Part shown: positions 29,141 to 37,784 of the stretch, piece by piece
Layout of the letters: each line of letters starts with the position of its first letter
Position numbering within the stretch: the stretch's first letter is position 1
Assembly (NCBI GenBank): GCA_964405015.1
Contig: CAYOME010000003.1
Location: 11,359 to 75,358, forward strand
Origin: an uncultured Candidatus Saccharibacteria bacterium
GTDB lineage: Bacteria > Patescibacteriota > Dojkabacteria > SC72
DNA: 64,000 nucleotides
Reading direction: 5' to 3'
Translations under genes and position numbers: made by a program
The notes under the pieces: generated by a model
Seen by the model: the letters and a program-made list of their open reading frames with translations, nothing else
What the model was told of the DNA's origin: nothing
The model's database searches: none

Positions 29141-29176
29141 ATCAAAATATATCACATTACATTAAAAGATGCTTAC

Positions 29177-30466
29177 CTAATTAAGACCCCTAAGCACTGC
29201 TTGCTTAAGCATATTAGAAGCATATTTAATATCTTCACTGTTAGTATATACAGCTAGACTAAACCTTAGGCTTGGACCTACACAAAATTTATCATGTAAT
29301 GGTTCTGCACAATGATACCCTTCCCTAAATGCAATACCTTGTGAATTTAAGAATTCGGAAATACTCTTCCCATCCCTATTAGTTTCTACATTAAAGATGT
29401 TTTTACATCCTCTAAAAGTAAACCCTTCTAAATGAAAAGATATAGGGCCATATTTTAATTTACTATCTGTTGGTCCAAAAGATTTAAACCACTCTATTCC
29501 ATCAAAACTCTTAAAAAACTCTTCGGTTAGTGATTGCTCATACTCTTCTAACTTACTCCAACCGCCTACTTTCTCTAGAGTATTCTCAAACCATTCGATA
29601 GCAGAACCAAGTACAATACCTCCTCCAATATCAGGAGTACCTGCTTCAAATTTCCATGGTAATTCATTGTATTCAAAATCTTTAAAAGATACAGAGGAAA
29701 TCATTTCCCCTCCACCCATCCATGGAGTTAAATCCTCAAGATATTCCTGTTTGCAATATACAGCACCAGAACCTGTAGGTGCATATGCCTTATGTCCAGA
29801 AAACACCAATGAATCACAACCAATACTTTGGACATCTACTTTTGTATGTACAATACTCTGTGCTGCATCTAAGATTGTGAATGATTCATTCTTTTTCGCC
29901 AATTCAAATATTTCCTCTACTGGATTTTTTACACCTAAGACATTGGAGATATGGACTACAGAAACTATCTTAACCTTTTTACCTTCCTTTTTAAGTAATT
30001 CTTTGTACCAATCTAAATCTAAAGTGTAGTCCTCTTTTACAGGTATATATTCTATTCTGAAATTTATTTCTTTCTGTAATATCATCCAAGAAACAATATT
30101 ACTGTGATGCTCCATTTCTGTTATTACTACAATATCCCCATCCTTAAGTAATTTTCTTCCAAATGTTTGAACAAGAAAATTTAAACCTTCGGTAGTATTT
30201 CTTACAAAGAGAATCTCTTTATATGAGTTAGCATTGATGAAAGATGCAACCTTTTGATGTGCCCATATCCAAAGTTTAGTACCATTTACTGAAAGATCAT
30301 ATGGCCCTCGATGGATATTCGCATTCTCTTCTTCATAGTATTTCTTTAATCTATCGATTACATACAGAGGTTTTTGTGTAGTAGCTGCATTATCAAGATA
30401 TACAAGTCCCTTACTAAAGGGTGTCTTTTTTAATATTGGGAACTCTTTTCTAATATCTTGAAACAT
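29177..30466 (-). CDS. sufS: cysteine desulfurase (SufS-like, class V aminotransferase)
   Basis: YLDNAATTQKP, MEHHSN, FSGHK (PLP Lys), FEAGTP and GYHCA (catalytic Cys). Confidence 0.9.
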   Translation of the reverse strand: MFQDIRKEFPILKKTPFSKGLVYLDNAATTQKPLYVIDRLKKYYEEENANIHRGPYDLSVNGTKLWIWAHQKVASFINANSYKEILFVRNTTEGLNFLVQTFGRKLLKDGDIVVITEMEHHSNIVSWMILQKEINFRIEYIPVKEDYTLDLDWYKELLKKEGKKVKIVSVVHISNVLGVKNPVEEIFELAKKNESFTILDAAQSIVHTKVDVQSIGCDSLVFSGHKAYAPTGSGAVYCKQEYLEDLTPWMGGGEMISSVSFKDFEYNELPWKFEAGTPDIGGGIVLGSAIEWFENTLEKVGGWSKLEEYEQSLTEEFFKSFDGIEWFKSFGPTDSKLKYGPISFHLEGFTFRGCKNIFNVETNRDGKSISEFLNSQGIAFREGYHCAEPLHDKFCVGPSLRFSLAVYTNSEDIKYASNMLKQAVLRGLN

Positions 30467-30482
30467 ATGAATATATTAAAAA

Positions 30483-31043
30483 TTAAAAATTCTTCCACAT
30501 CTTACTAGCCTGTACAGTCATATCCCCCTTGTATTTACTGTTTAGACCAGTACTACCATATGGTTTCTCACATGGTTGATCCAATTCTTCAAAAGCCAAT
30601 TGAGCTATCTTCATACCTTCATATATACGAATTGAAAGAGGAGAAAGATTTGCTATTTCTAATGTCAATCTTAATTTGTTACCAGGATCTAAGAAACCTG
30701 CAGTAGCATGAATGATTAAACCCATTCTTGCTAAAGAACTCTTACCCTCTAATCTACCAACATGTTTTTCATCTACCCCTGTTATTTCTTTAATATTTGC
30801 TAATACAAACTCTCCAGGTTTAAGTGTATATCCCGTAATATCATTTATTTCTATCTTGACCATCAAATCTTCAACTGTTTTTTTAACATCAATAACCTCG
30901 TGCTTATCAGTATTAAATATTAATATATTTTTATCTAAATGAAGATCATATGAAGCAGGCTGTATATATTCTGAAGAGAAAGGTTCTATACTTATCTCCC
31001 CACTTTGTATTTTATCTTTAATACTTCTGTCTGAGAGTATCAT
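30483..31043 (-). CDS. dcd: dCTP deaminase
   Basis: MILSDR, QPASYDL, GKSSLARMG, AGFLDPG and LTLEI motifs. Confidence 0.95.
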   Translation of the reverse strand: MILSDRSIKDKIQSGEISIEPFSSEYIQPASYDLHLDKNILIFNTDKHEVIDVKKTVEDLMVKIEINDITGYTLKPGEFVLANIKEITGVDEKHVGRLEGKSSLARMGLIIHATAGFLDPGNKLRLTLEIANLSPLSIRIYEGMKIAQLAFEELDQPCEKPYGSTGLNSKYKGDMTVQASKMWKNF

Positions 31044-31062
31044 GTAAATTATTTATTTAATA

Positions 31063-32658
31063 TTAACTTCTATCAATGAACTGTTCCTTGGATTTAGGAT
31101 CAGGTCTTTGAGTACTACTTAGTAATGATTTCCATATTGGATCAAGCTCACTAAGTAATTCTAACCATTTATACACCAAAACTCTATATGCAATATGTCC
31201 ACCCCTTCTTACTCTTAAGTTTATTGTATATTGCAGATCATCAAAAGAACCATAGAAGATGTATTTAGTGGAATGTGCATGTGGTAGTAAATATTTAGTA
31301 TATTCCAAAGATACTTCTTCTGACATGAATTGTTTTGATACCCTTCTCCAATTCTTAATCATTTCATATGTAGAGGTAAGAGCTTTCTCATATTCCTTTC
31401 TTAGATTTTCCAAAGAAGGAATTTCTAGGTAGTTGCAGAGGAAGTAACAATCTTTACTTGCCCTATCCAATTCTTTATCTATATCCATACCATCATGAAA
31501 AAGTGGCATATATCTTTCTAAACTTCTATGCCTATTTAAATCCTTAAGAGTACCTAAGGTAGCCATACCCTCTATTCTAATAGCTCCGGACTGACCAAGA
31601 TTTCCTAAAAGATTGTGATGGTTATGATTCTCAAATATCTTTTCTCCCAATATTTCCTGATCTTGATCATCAAACTCTAATTCTTTTTTACTACCTAATG
31701 GATTAAGAAGAAGTTCGTAATTTGTAATTAGGTTCTCTATTGGATTCATATTGTAAGAAATCTTGCATGAGTCTTTCTCACATCCTAAATTTTTGTAATT
31801 GCCTTGATCAGATATATGGTCTTTGAGATATTGAAGTACGGCCTTTGTAGAATTCCTTCTACAACAATTTGCATCTGTATGTCTAATTAATCCATCTGCT
31901 TCTCTTGTATATCCAGGTATATCTAAATTTGATTCACCCAAAAGATTCATAAGGAGATTTGCTACTTCATTGTCTACAACACTGTCATTTGCATTAAAGT
32001 AGGATATTAATTCTGACCAATTTCTTGCAGACATTACAGCTGCTAGACTTGTTTGTAATCCATATGGTAGTAAATATCTAGCAACATCAAAGCTTCTAGA
32101 TTTCCAAGCAGATACCTCATTTTGGTTCTCTTCGTTTATCTTAAAAGTACTACTTAGAGCATCTTTTGTTTTCTTTAACAATGTTCTGTAATCAGACATC
32201 TGTTTAAGCATTATCCTATCGTATTCCTTACGTATTTCAGTATCCTTACATATCTCTTTCGGTATTTTAATAAATTCGGGATTCTCAAAATTCTGATATC
32301 TTGTAGATCTCTCTTGACCAGAGATAACGGAGTTTAGGTAAAAGATTTTCATAGCAGTAAACATTGGAACATTCTCAATACATACAAAAAGATCTGCCAT
32401 ATCTCCTACTGACTTATGACCATATCCATGGAATATCTTTTCTAACCTCTCTGCTGCATCAGTATTACTTTCTAATATCTCTTTTGCGATATCAGTAATA
32501 CTATCTGCAGATCTACTGTATCTTGCTCCTAAGTAAGCATTTATTGAAGGTTGTTTTGTTGAGGGATTCTGAAGAAGAGTATGTACCTTAAACTTGTTCC
32601 ACACTGACTGAGATTTTACAGAAGCTATCTGTAATTCTTTTCTGAATGTTCCCTTCAT
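31063..32658 (-). CDS. thyX: FAD-dependent thymidylate synthase, tandem two-domain type
   Basis: ARYSRS, GYGHKSV, ERSTRY and FDVARYLLP in domain 1; DLNRHRS and LR...GHIAYR in domain 2. Confidence 0.85.
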   Translation of the reverse strand: MKGTFRKELQIASVKSQSVWNKFKVHTLLQNPSTKQPSINAYLGARYSRSADSITDIAKEILESNTDAAERLEKIFHGYGHKSVGDMADLFVCIENVPMFTAMKIFYLNSVISGQERSTRYQNFENPEFIKIPKEICKDTEIRKEYDRIMLKQMSDYRTLLKKTKDALSSTFKINEENQNEVSAWKSRSFDVARYLLPYGLQTSLAAVMSARNWSELISYFNANDSVVDNEVANLLMNLLGESNLDIPGYTREADGLIRHTDANCCRRNSTKAVLQYLKDHISDQGNYKNLGCEKDSCKISYNMNPIENLITNYELLLNPLGSKKELEFDDQDQEILGEKIFENHNHHNLLGNLGQSGAIRIEGMATLGTLKDLNRHRSLERYMPLFHDGMDIDKELDRASKDCYFLCNYLEIPSLENLRKEYEKALTSTYEMIKNWRRVSKQFMSEEVSLEYTKYLLPHAHSTKYIFYGSFDDLQYTINLRVRRGGHIAYRVLVYKWLELLSELDPIWKSLLSSTQRPDPKSKEQFIDRS

Positions 32659-32676
32659 GTATTTTAGAATATGAAT

Positions 32677-33954
32677 TTATCTCTTTATTCCAGGGATTGG
32701 AAATTGTTTAGTCATTTCTACTACACTCTCTTTAAGATCTTCTAAGTTCTTCCTTCCATGTATTGCATCATTAATTACCTCTGCTACAAAATCCATATCT
32801 TTTTCTTTCATACCTCTAGTAGTAATCGCTGGAGTACCTATTCTAATACCTGATGGGTCCCATGGTTTTCTTTGATCATTAGGTACTGTATTTTTGTTTA
32901 CAGTAATATTTACCTTACCTAATATCTCTTCGGCCTGCTTACCAGTGATATTTTTGTTCTCTACATTAATCAATATTAAATGATTGTCTGATCCTCCTGT
33001 TACTAGGTTAAAGTCATAGCTAAGGAGTCTTTCTGCTAATCTTTTCGTGTTCTTTAATATCTGATTTGCATATTCTTTAAATTCAGGTTGCATTGCTTCA
33101 CCTAATGCGACTGCTACTGCTGCTGTTGTATGGTTGTGTGGGCCTCCCTGAAGTCCAGGAAACACTGCTCTGTCTATTAGTGTTGGTAGATTCTCTCTAG
33201 GATCTAAGCCTTCCCCTAATGGCTTGAGAGGATCTGATGGGTTACCATTGCAAAGTATCATTCCTGATCTTGGTCCTCTCAATGTCTTGTGAGTTGTAGT
33301 AGTTACTACATCTGCATACCCAACAGGAGAAGGTATTACCTTCGCAGCTATCAATCCACATTCATGAGCAATATCTGCAACAAAGTAAGCACCTACACTG
33401 TGAGCTATCACTGACAATCTCTTGTAATCATACAATCTTGGATATGCCGTTGCTCCACAAAACAGTAACTTAGGTTTTTCTTCTTTAACCTGTTTTTCTA
33501 AAGAATCATAGTCAAGGAAACCATCTACTCCTGTAACATACTGTACAGAGTTAAAATATTGACCAGTAATATTTACCTTCCATCCATGTGATAAATGACC
33601 ACCATACAAAAGGTTAAGTCCCATTACTTTGTCGCCTGGTTTAAGTAATGCGAAATATACTGCAAGATTTGCAGGACTACCTGAATATGGCTGTACATTT
33701 GCATGGTCTACTCCAAATATCTCCTTAGCTCTTTGTATTGCTAAATTCTCTATCTCATCAATATGCTCATTACCACCGTAATATCTTTTACCAACCATAC
33801 CTTCTGAATATTTGTTGGTTAATATACTTCCCATTGCACGAAGGACATCTTCACTAACATAGTTTTCAGAAGCTATTAACTCGATACCTTCTATCTGTCT
33901 TTTAGCCTCTTTCTCGATATATTTAAAGACTTCATCTTTAGTATTTTTTGACAT
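32677..33954 (-). CDS. glyA: serine hydroxymethyltransferase
   Basis: IELIASEN, NKYSEG, GGHLSHG, TTTTHKTLRGPR and FPGLQGGPH motifs. Confidence 0.97.
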   Translation of the reverse strand: MSKNTKDEVFKYIEKEAKRQIEGIELIASENYVSEDVLRAMGSILTNKYSEGMVGKRYYGGNEHIDEIENLAIQRAKEIFGVDHANVQPYSGSPANLAVYFALLKPGDKVMGLNLLYGGHLSHGWKVNITGQYFNSVQYVTGVDGFLDYDSLEKQVKEEKPKLLFCGATAYPRLYDYKRLSVIAHSVGAYFVADIAHECGLIAAKVIPSPVGYADVVTTTTHKTLRGPRSGMILCNGNPSDPLKPLGEGLDPRENLPTLIDRAVFPGLQGGPHNHTTAAVAVALGEAMQPEFKEYANQILKNTKRLAERLLSYDFNLVTGGSDNHLILINVENKNITGKQAEEILGKVNITVNKNTVPNDQRKPWDPSGIRIGTPAITTRGMKEKDMDFVAEVINDAIHGRKNLEDLKESVVEMTKQFPIPGIKR

Positions 33955-34795
33955 TTCTTTCATATATCTCAAACAAATTAGTAAGAAGAGAAGCTATGGT
34001 CATTGGACCAACACCTCCAGGAACTGGAGTTAAAAAGGATGATACCTTCTGAGCGCTACTAAATTTTACATCCCCGACAAGTTTACCCTCTAAAGATTTG
34101 TTTGTACCGATATCTATTACAACTGCTCCCTCTTTTATGTAACTCTTATCTATATATTCAGCTTTACCAATGCCGACCACAAGGATATCTGCATCTTTAG
34201 ATATCTCTTTGAGATTTTTAGTATGTGAATGACATATTGTGACTGTACAATTAGCATTTTGAAGTAAACCAGCAGTAGGCAAACCAACAATATCACTCCT
34301 TCCAATTACTACCGCTCTCTTACCATCAAGATCTATTTTATATTCCTCTAAGAGAGAGATTACTCCTTTTGCAGTTGCTGGAGATAATGCAGTTGGGTCA
34401 TTTTTGAAAAGCTTACCTAGATTAGAAGAAGTAAGACCATCTACATCTTTTTTAGGATCAATATTCTCTAATATTTCATTTGTATCAAAACCTTTTGGTA
34501 ATGGTAGTTGAACCATCAATCCATCAACCCTACTATCTTTATTCAATTCCGATATCCGTGAGAGAATTTCCTGGGTATTAGTTTTCTCGTCATATTCATG
34601 TATTACAGTCTTTATACCTAATTCCAAAGCTTTCTTTTTTTTCATTTCTACATATTTCTGACTTCCGAAATCAGAACCTACAAGAATTATATCTAGCCTT
34701 GGTATCCTAGAACCTTTATCTATATATCCTGAAATTTTGTATCTCAGAGAATCTAAAATCTTTTGGGAAGTTACTTTACCATCTAGTAGAGTCAT
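33938..34795 (-). CDS. folD: methylenetetrahydrofolate dehydrogenase/cyclohydrolase
   Basis: VQLPLP, KDVDG, GRSDIVGLP and TPVPGGVGPMT motifs. Confidence 0.97.
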   Translation of the reverse strand: MTLLDGKVTSQKILDSLRYKISGYIDKGSRIPRLDIILVGSDFGSQKYVEMKKKKALELGIKTVIHEYDEKTNTQEILSRISELNKDSRVDGLMVQLPLPKGFDTNEILENIDPKKDVDGLTSSNLGKLFKNDPTALSPATAKGVISLLEEYKIDLDGKRAVVIGRSDIVGLPTAGLLQNANCTVTICHSHTKNLKEISKDADILVVGIGKAEYIDKSYIKEGAVVIDIGTNKSLEGKLVGDVKFSSAQKVSSFLTPVPGGVGPMTIASLLTNLFEIYERNVKKY

Positions 34796-34860
34796 TTATT
34801 TACTCCTAACAAATATTCTTCCTAGATATTTTACAGGATATGGAAGAGATTTGCTAAATA

Positions 34861-36666
34861 TTACTGATTGTATTTTACCTGTTTGTAGAATTTACCCTTT
34901 TTGCTTAAAAGCTCTTTCCAATTACCAGCATCAACAATATGTCCGTTATCAAAGAAATATATCTTTTCGAATTTATCAAGCAAGTCAGTATCTCTTGTAA
35001 TTAATATTAAGGTTCTATCCTTACCTACAAACTTAAAGATTCCCTTAAGAATGAAATCTCTAGAAGGTGCATCTATGAATGTAAATGGTTCATCCATTAC
35101 AAATATATCCCTATTTCTGTACAACATTCTCGCAATTGCTAATCTTTGCCAATATCCAGGAGAAAGTTCTTTACCATCTAAATATTTACCTAACTTAAGG
35201 CTATCTGAGATATTTTCTTTCTTCATGAATTTGTCTATCTCACATATCCTTATCACTTTCCTATACAGTTCCATATCAATATCTTTCCTATGACCTGTTA
35301 GGGTAATATTTTCTCTAATACTGAAGTTGTAGTTTACAAAGTTTTGGAATGTAACAGCGATCTTCCTTTTTAGTTCACCCCTTCCTAGTTCCTTAATTGA
35401 ATATCCCCCTATTTGGAAATCTCCAGCAGTAATCTCATACAATCCAGAGAGTACCTTGAGTAAACTACTCTTTCCAGATCCATCTCCTCCAAAGAAGGCA
35501 ACTCTTTCTCCTGGTTTAATCTCAAAGTTAATATTTTCCAAAACCTTTCTCTCTGGTTCGTCTGGATATGCAAAATCTAAATTTTGAAACACCAAAGATG
35601 GTACAGATTTACCTAATTTCTTGAATCCATGGTTTTCATCACCGAATCCTTTGTAATTTACAAAATCGAAATATTTGGAAGCGTAGGATATGTATGCATC
35701 TAACAAAGAGAATGTATTAAACATATGGTAAGCACCTGAATATACAACATTTACATAGTTGAAGAGTGCACTAAATGTACCGATAGAGAGTCTCTGAGTT
35801 ATGGTATGCGCAAGTAAGTAAAGTACGTATCCATACTTAAGTAATTGACCAAATACAGCTCCAAGTGTTTGATCTATGGAAGCATGTTTTCTTCTTTCAA
35901 AAAGCCCCTTAAGATATCTATCCTTTTCAGTTTTGTATGTTCTCTTAAGGAAATCATATGTGTTGTCTACTCTAAGTTCCATGAAATTACGAATATCCAT
36001 GGAGAGGGTATTGTATATGTAATTTGTTAATTTAAGAGTATCCATCTGGTTATCCTCATACAGTTGTATCCTCTTCCTATTGAAATGGGAGAGTAATACC
36101 TCTGGTATTACAAAGATTAGTAATACAATTGTTACTAATCCTAATTCTGAAGAAAGTATTATGAATGCAGTAACAAATCTGGTAGTTTCATATACGATAT
36201 TTGAAAATGCTTGATATGACAGGAGTATATTGTTTATTGAATATGTTGGTATGTAATCAATGAGATTTTGTAATCTGGGTTGTTCAATATCTTGGAGATT
36301 TGAATTAGATATCTTACCCATTACTTCTAAGTTTGTATCTTTCCATACCTTGTCAGTAATGTTGTTACTAATATATTGCCTAATCATATTTCCCGAGCAG
36401 AGGAATATCCAAAGTAGTAATGATATTGCAAGGTAAAAGAAAGAGTCTGTAACAAAGTAATCGTTAATATTAAACCCTTGAGAGTTTTTTATTACTTCTA
36501 CAGTAGCATCTAGGAATTTACCTGCGACAGAGATACCTACCATCTCTGCTATGATGACTATTATGAATACAAAGTCTCTTAGTAGAACTTCTTTGGTATA
36601 TCTTGTATAGAAGAATTTGATTATTTCCCAAAGAGTACGTATTTTTTCTTGTATAATGGTGGACAT
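34861..36666 (-). CDS. ABC exporter half-transporter (TMD plus NBD) with a degenerate NBD
   Basis: Multiple TMs; GGDGSGKS, LSPGYWQR and VMDEP motifs. Start reassigned to MSTIIQ at 36666 because the longer ORF overlaps the divergent gene. Confidence 0.88.
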   Translation of the reverse strand: MSTIIQEKIRTLWEIIKFFYTRYTKEVLLRDFVFIIVIIAEMVGISVAGKFLDATVEVIKNSQGFNINDYFVTDSFFYLAISLLLWIFLCSGNMIRQYISNNITDKVWKDTNLEVMGKISNSNLQDIEQPRLQNLIDYIPTYSINNILLSYQAFSNIVYETTRFVTAFIILSSELGLVTIVLLIFVIPEVLLSHFNRKRIQLYEDNQMDTLKLTNYIYNTLSMDIRNFMELRVDNTYDFLKRTYKTEKDRYLKGLFERRKHASIDQTLGAVFGQLLKYGYVLYLLAHTITQRLSIGTFSALFNYVNVVYSGAYHMFNTFSLLDAYISYASKYFDFVNYKGFGDENHGFKKLGKSVPSLVFQNLDFAYPDEPERKVLENINFEIKPGERVAFFGGDGSGKSSLLKVLSGLYEITAGDFQIGGYSIKELGRGELKRKIAVTFQNFVNYNFSIRENITLTGHRKDIDMELYRKVIRICEIDKFMKKENISDSLKLGKYLDGKELSPGYWQRLAIARMLYRNRDIFVMDEPFTFIDAPSRDFILKGIFKFVGKDRTLILITRDTDLLDKFEKIYFFDNGHIVDAGNWKELLSKKGKFYKQVKYNQ

Positions 36667-36682
36667 ATTGGAATATAATAGC

Positions 36683-37138
36683 ATGAGAGACAATAAATAT
36701 TTAGAATTTTTACTATATGATATCTGGGAAAACCACTTCTGTGATGTCCCTAGATTAAATATCGTTGATATTAGATATGGGAAATATTCTAAAAGACAAT
36801 TAGGGTGTATACGAATGATTAAGGATAGGGAGATGTTTGAAAGATATGTAAAGAAAATGGATGTTGATATTAAGATGATAGAGGATCCATCGATTTCAAG
36901 AATTACTTTAACCAAATATTTTACAAAAGAGGATATTCCCGAATATGTAGTTAGATCAACGATCGTACATGAGCTTTGCCACTATACTCATGGTTTTAAT
37001 TCTCCTCTTAATCAAATATATTCGCATCCACACAGAGGTAATGTGATAAGGAAGGAATTTCAAAAAAGGGATCTAGACGAAATATATACTCTTTCGAAGA
37101 GATGGTTAAAGGAGAACTGGTTTAAAACCATTTCTTAA
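36683..37138 (+). CDS. SprT/YgjP-like HExxH zinc metalloprotease
   Basis: LGCIR...RITL...IPEYVV...IVHELCHY...PHRG..RKEF. Likely start MRDNKY. Confidence 0.75.
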   Translation: MRDNKYLEFLLYDIWENHFCDVPRLNIVDIRYGKYSKRQLGCIRMIKDREMFERYVKKMDVDIKMIEDPSISRITLTKYFTKEDIPEYVVRSTIVHELCHYTHGFNSPLNQIYSHPHRGNVIRKEFQKRDLDEIYTLSKRWLKENWFKTIS

Positions 37139-37193
37139 AGAAGAATCTTCCTTCTATATTGAATACCATAATAATTGCCTACAATTCTTAAAT

Positions 37194-37736
37194 ATGAATC
37201 GCAATTATATAGGGGAAAATATTAGAAGATACAGAGAAAGAAGTAATTTAACACAACAACAATTAGCGGATAAGGTTGGTGTATCTTGGGAAATGGTTTC
37301 TAGATATGAAAGGTCTGCTAGTTCACCACTTAAGAAGTTAGAACAACTTGCAGACGCACTACAGGTATCTAAGTCTCAATTACTTGAAGAGCATATACCT
37401 GAAGGTGGTAATATTTCAGATATTAGAGTTCCATTGTTTACTAGTATTCCATCTCCTGCGAGGTTTAATTCTTCTCAAACAAACTATTACTACTCATGTC
37501 CTGAGTGGATTTCTAAACAATATTCTGAAATTATTGCAGTAGATAGCAAGCTTACACATACCAATATTCCTAATTTTCTCCTAAATGGTATTCTCTTTAT
37601 TTCAAGAGAAAGTACACCCAAACATGGTGATTTCTATATATCGAGAGGATATGAATCTTTAGAATTAAAAAGATATGAAGGTGAATCTACTGAGAATATA
37701 TTAGGTAAACTTGTTGCTCAGGAAGTTAAGTATTAA
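37194..37736 (+). CDS. XRE-family HTH regulator with a degenerate LexA/S24-like C-terminal domain
   Basis: IGENIRRYRE..LTQQQLADKVGVS...VSRYE; C-terminus RVPLF...PKHGDF...LKRY...ILGKLV. Confidence 0.85.
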   Translation: MNRNYIGENIRRYRERSNLTQQQLADKVGVSWEMVSRYERSASSPLKKLEQLADALQVSKSQLLEEHIPEGGNISDIRVPLFTSIPSPARFNSSQTNYYYSCPEWISKQYSEIIAVDSKLTHTNIPNFLLNGILFISRESTPKHGDFYISRGYESLELKRYEGESTENILGKLVAQEVKY

Positions 37737-37737
37737 A

Positions 37738-37760
37738 GAAAAGACCCCGTACGGGGTCTT
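37738..37760. terminator. terminator hairpin between the convergent XRE gene and groEL
   Basis: AAGACCCC-GTAC-GGGGTCTT; U-rich tail on the minus strand. Confidence 0.8.
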
Positions 37761-37784
37761 AACTTAAAGGATATGTAATATGTA

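Noticed and set aside
34810-34856. Imperfect inverted repeat and TTAGCAAAT half-site upstream of folD (CIRCE or THF riboswitch?)
   Set aside because: The second CIRCE arm does not match, and the 65-bp gap is too short for a THF riboswitch; may be chance or a weak terminator.
36667-36915. N-terminal extension of the 684-aa ABC ORF
   Set aside because: It is antisense to the metalloprotease gene; MSTIIQ gives a normal-length half-transporter.
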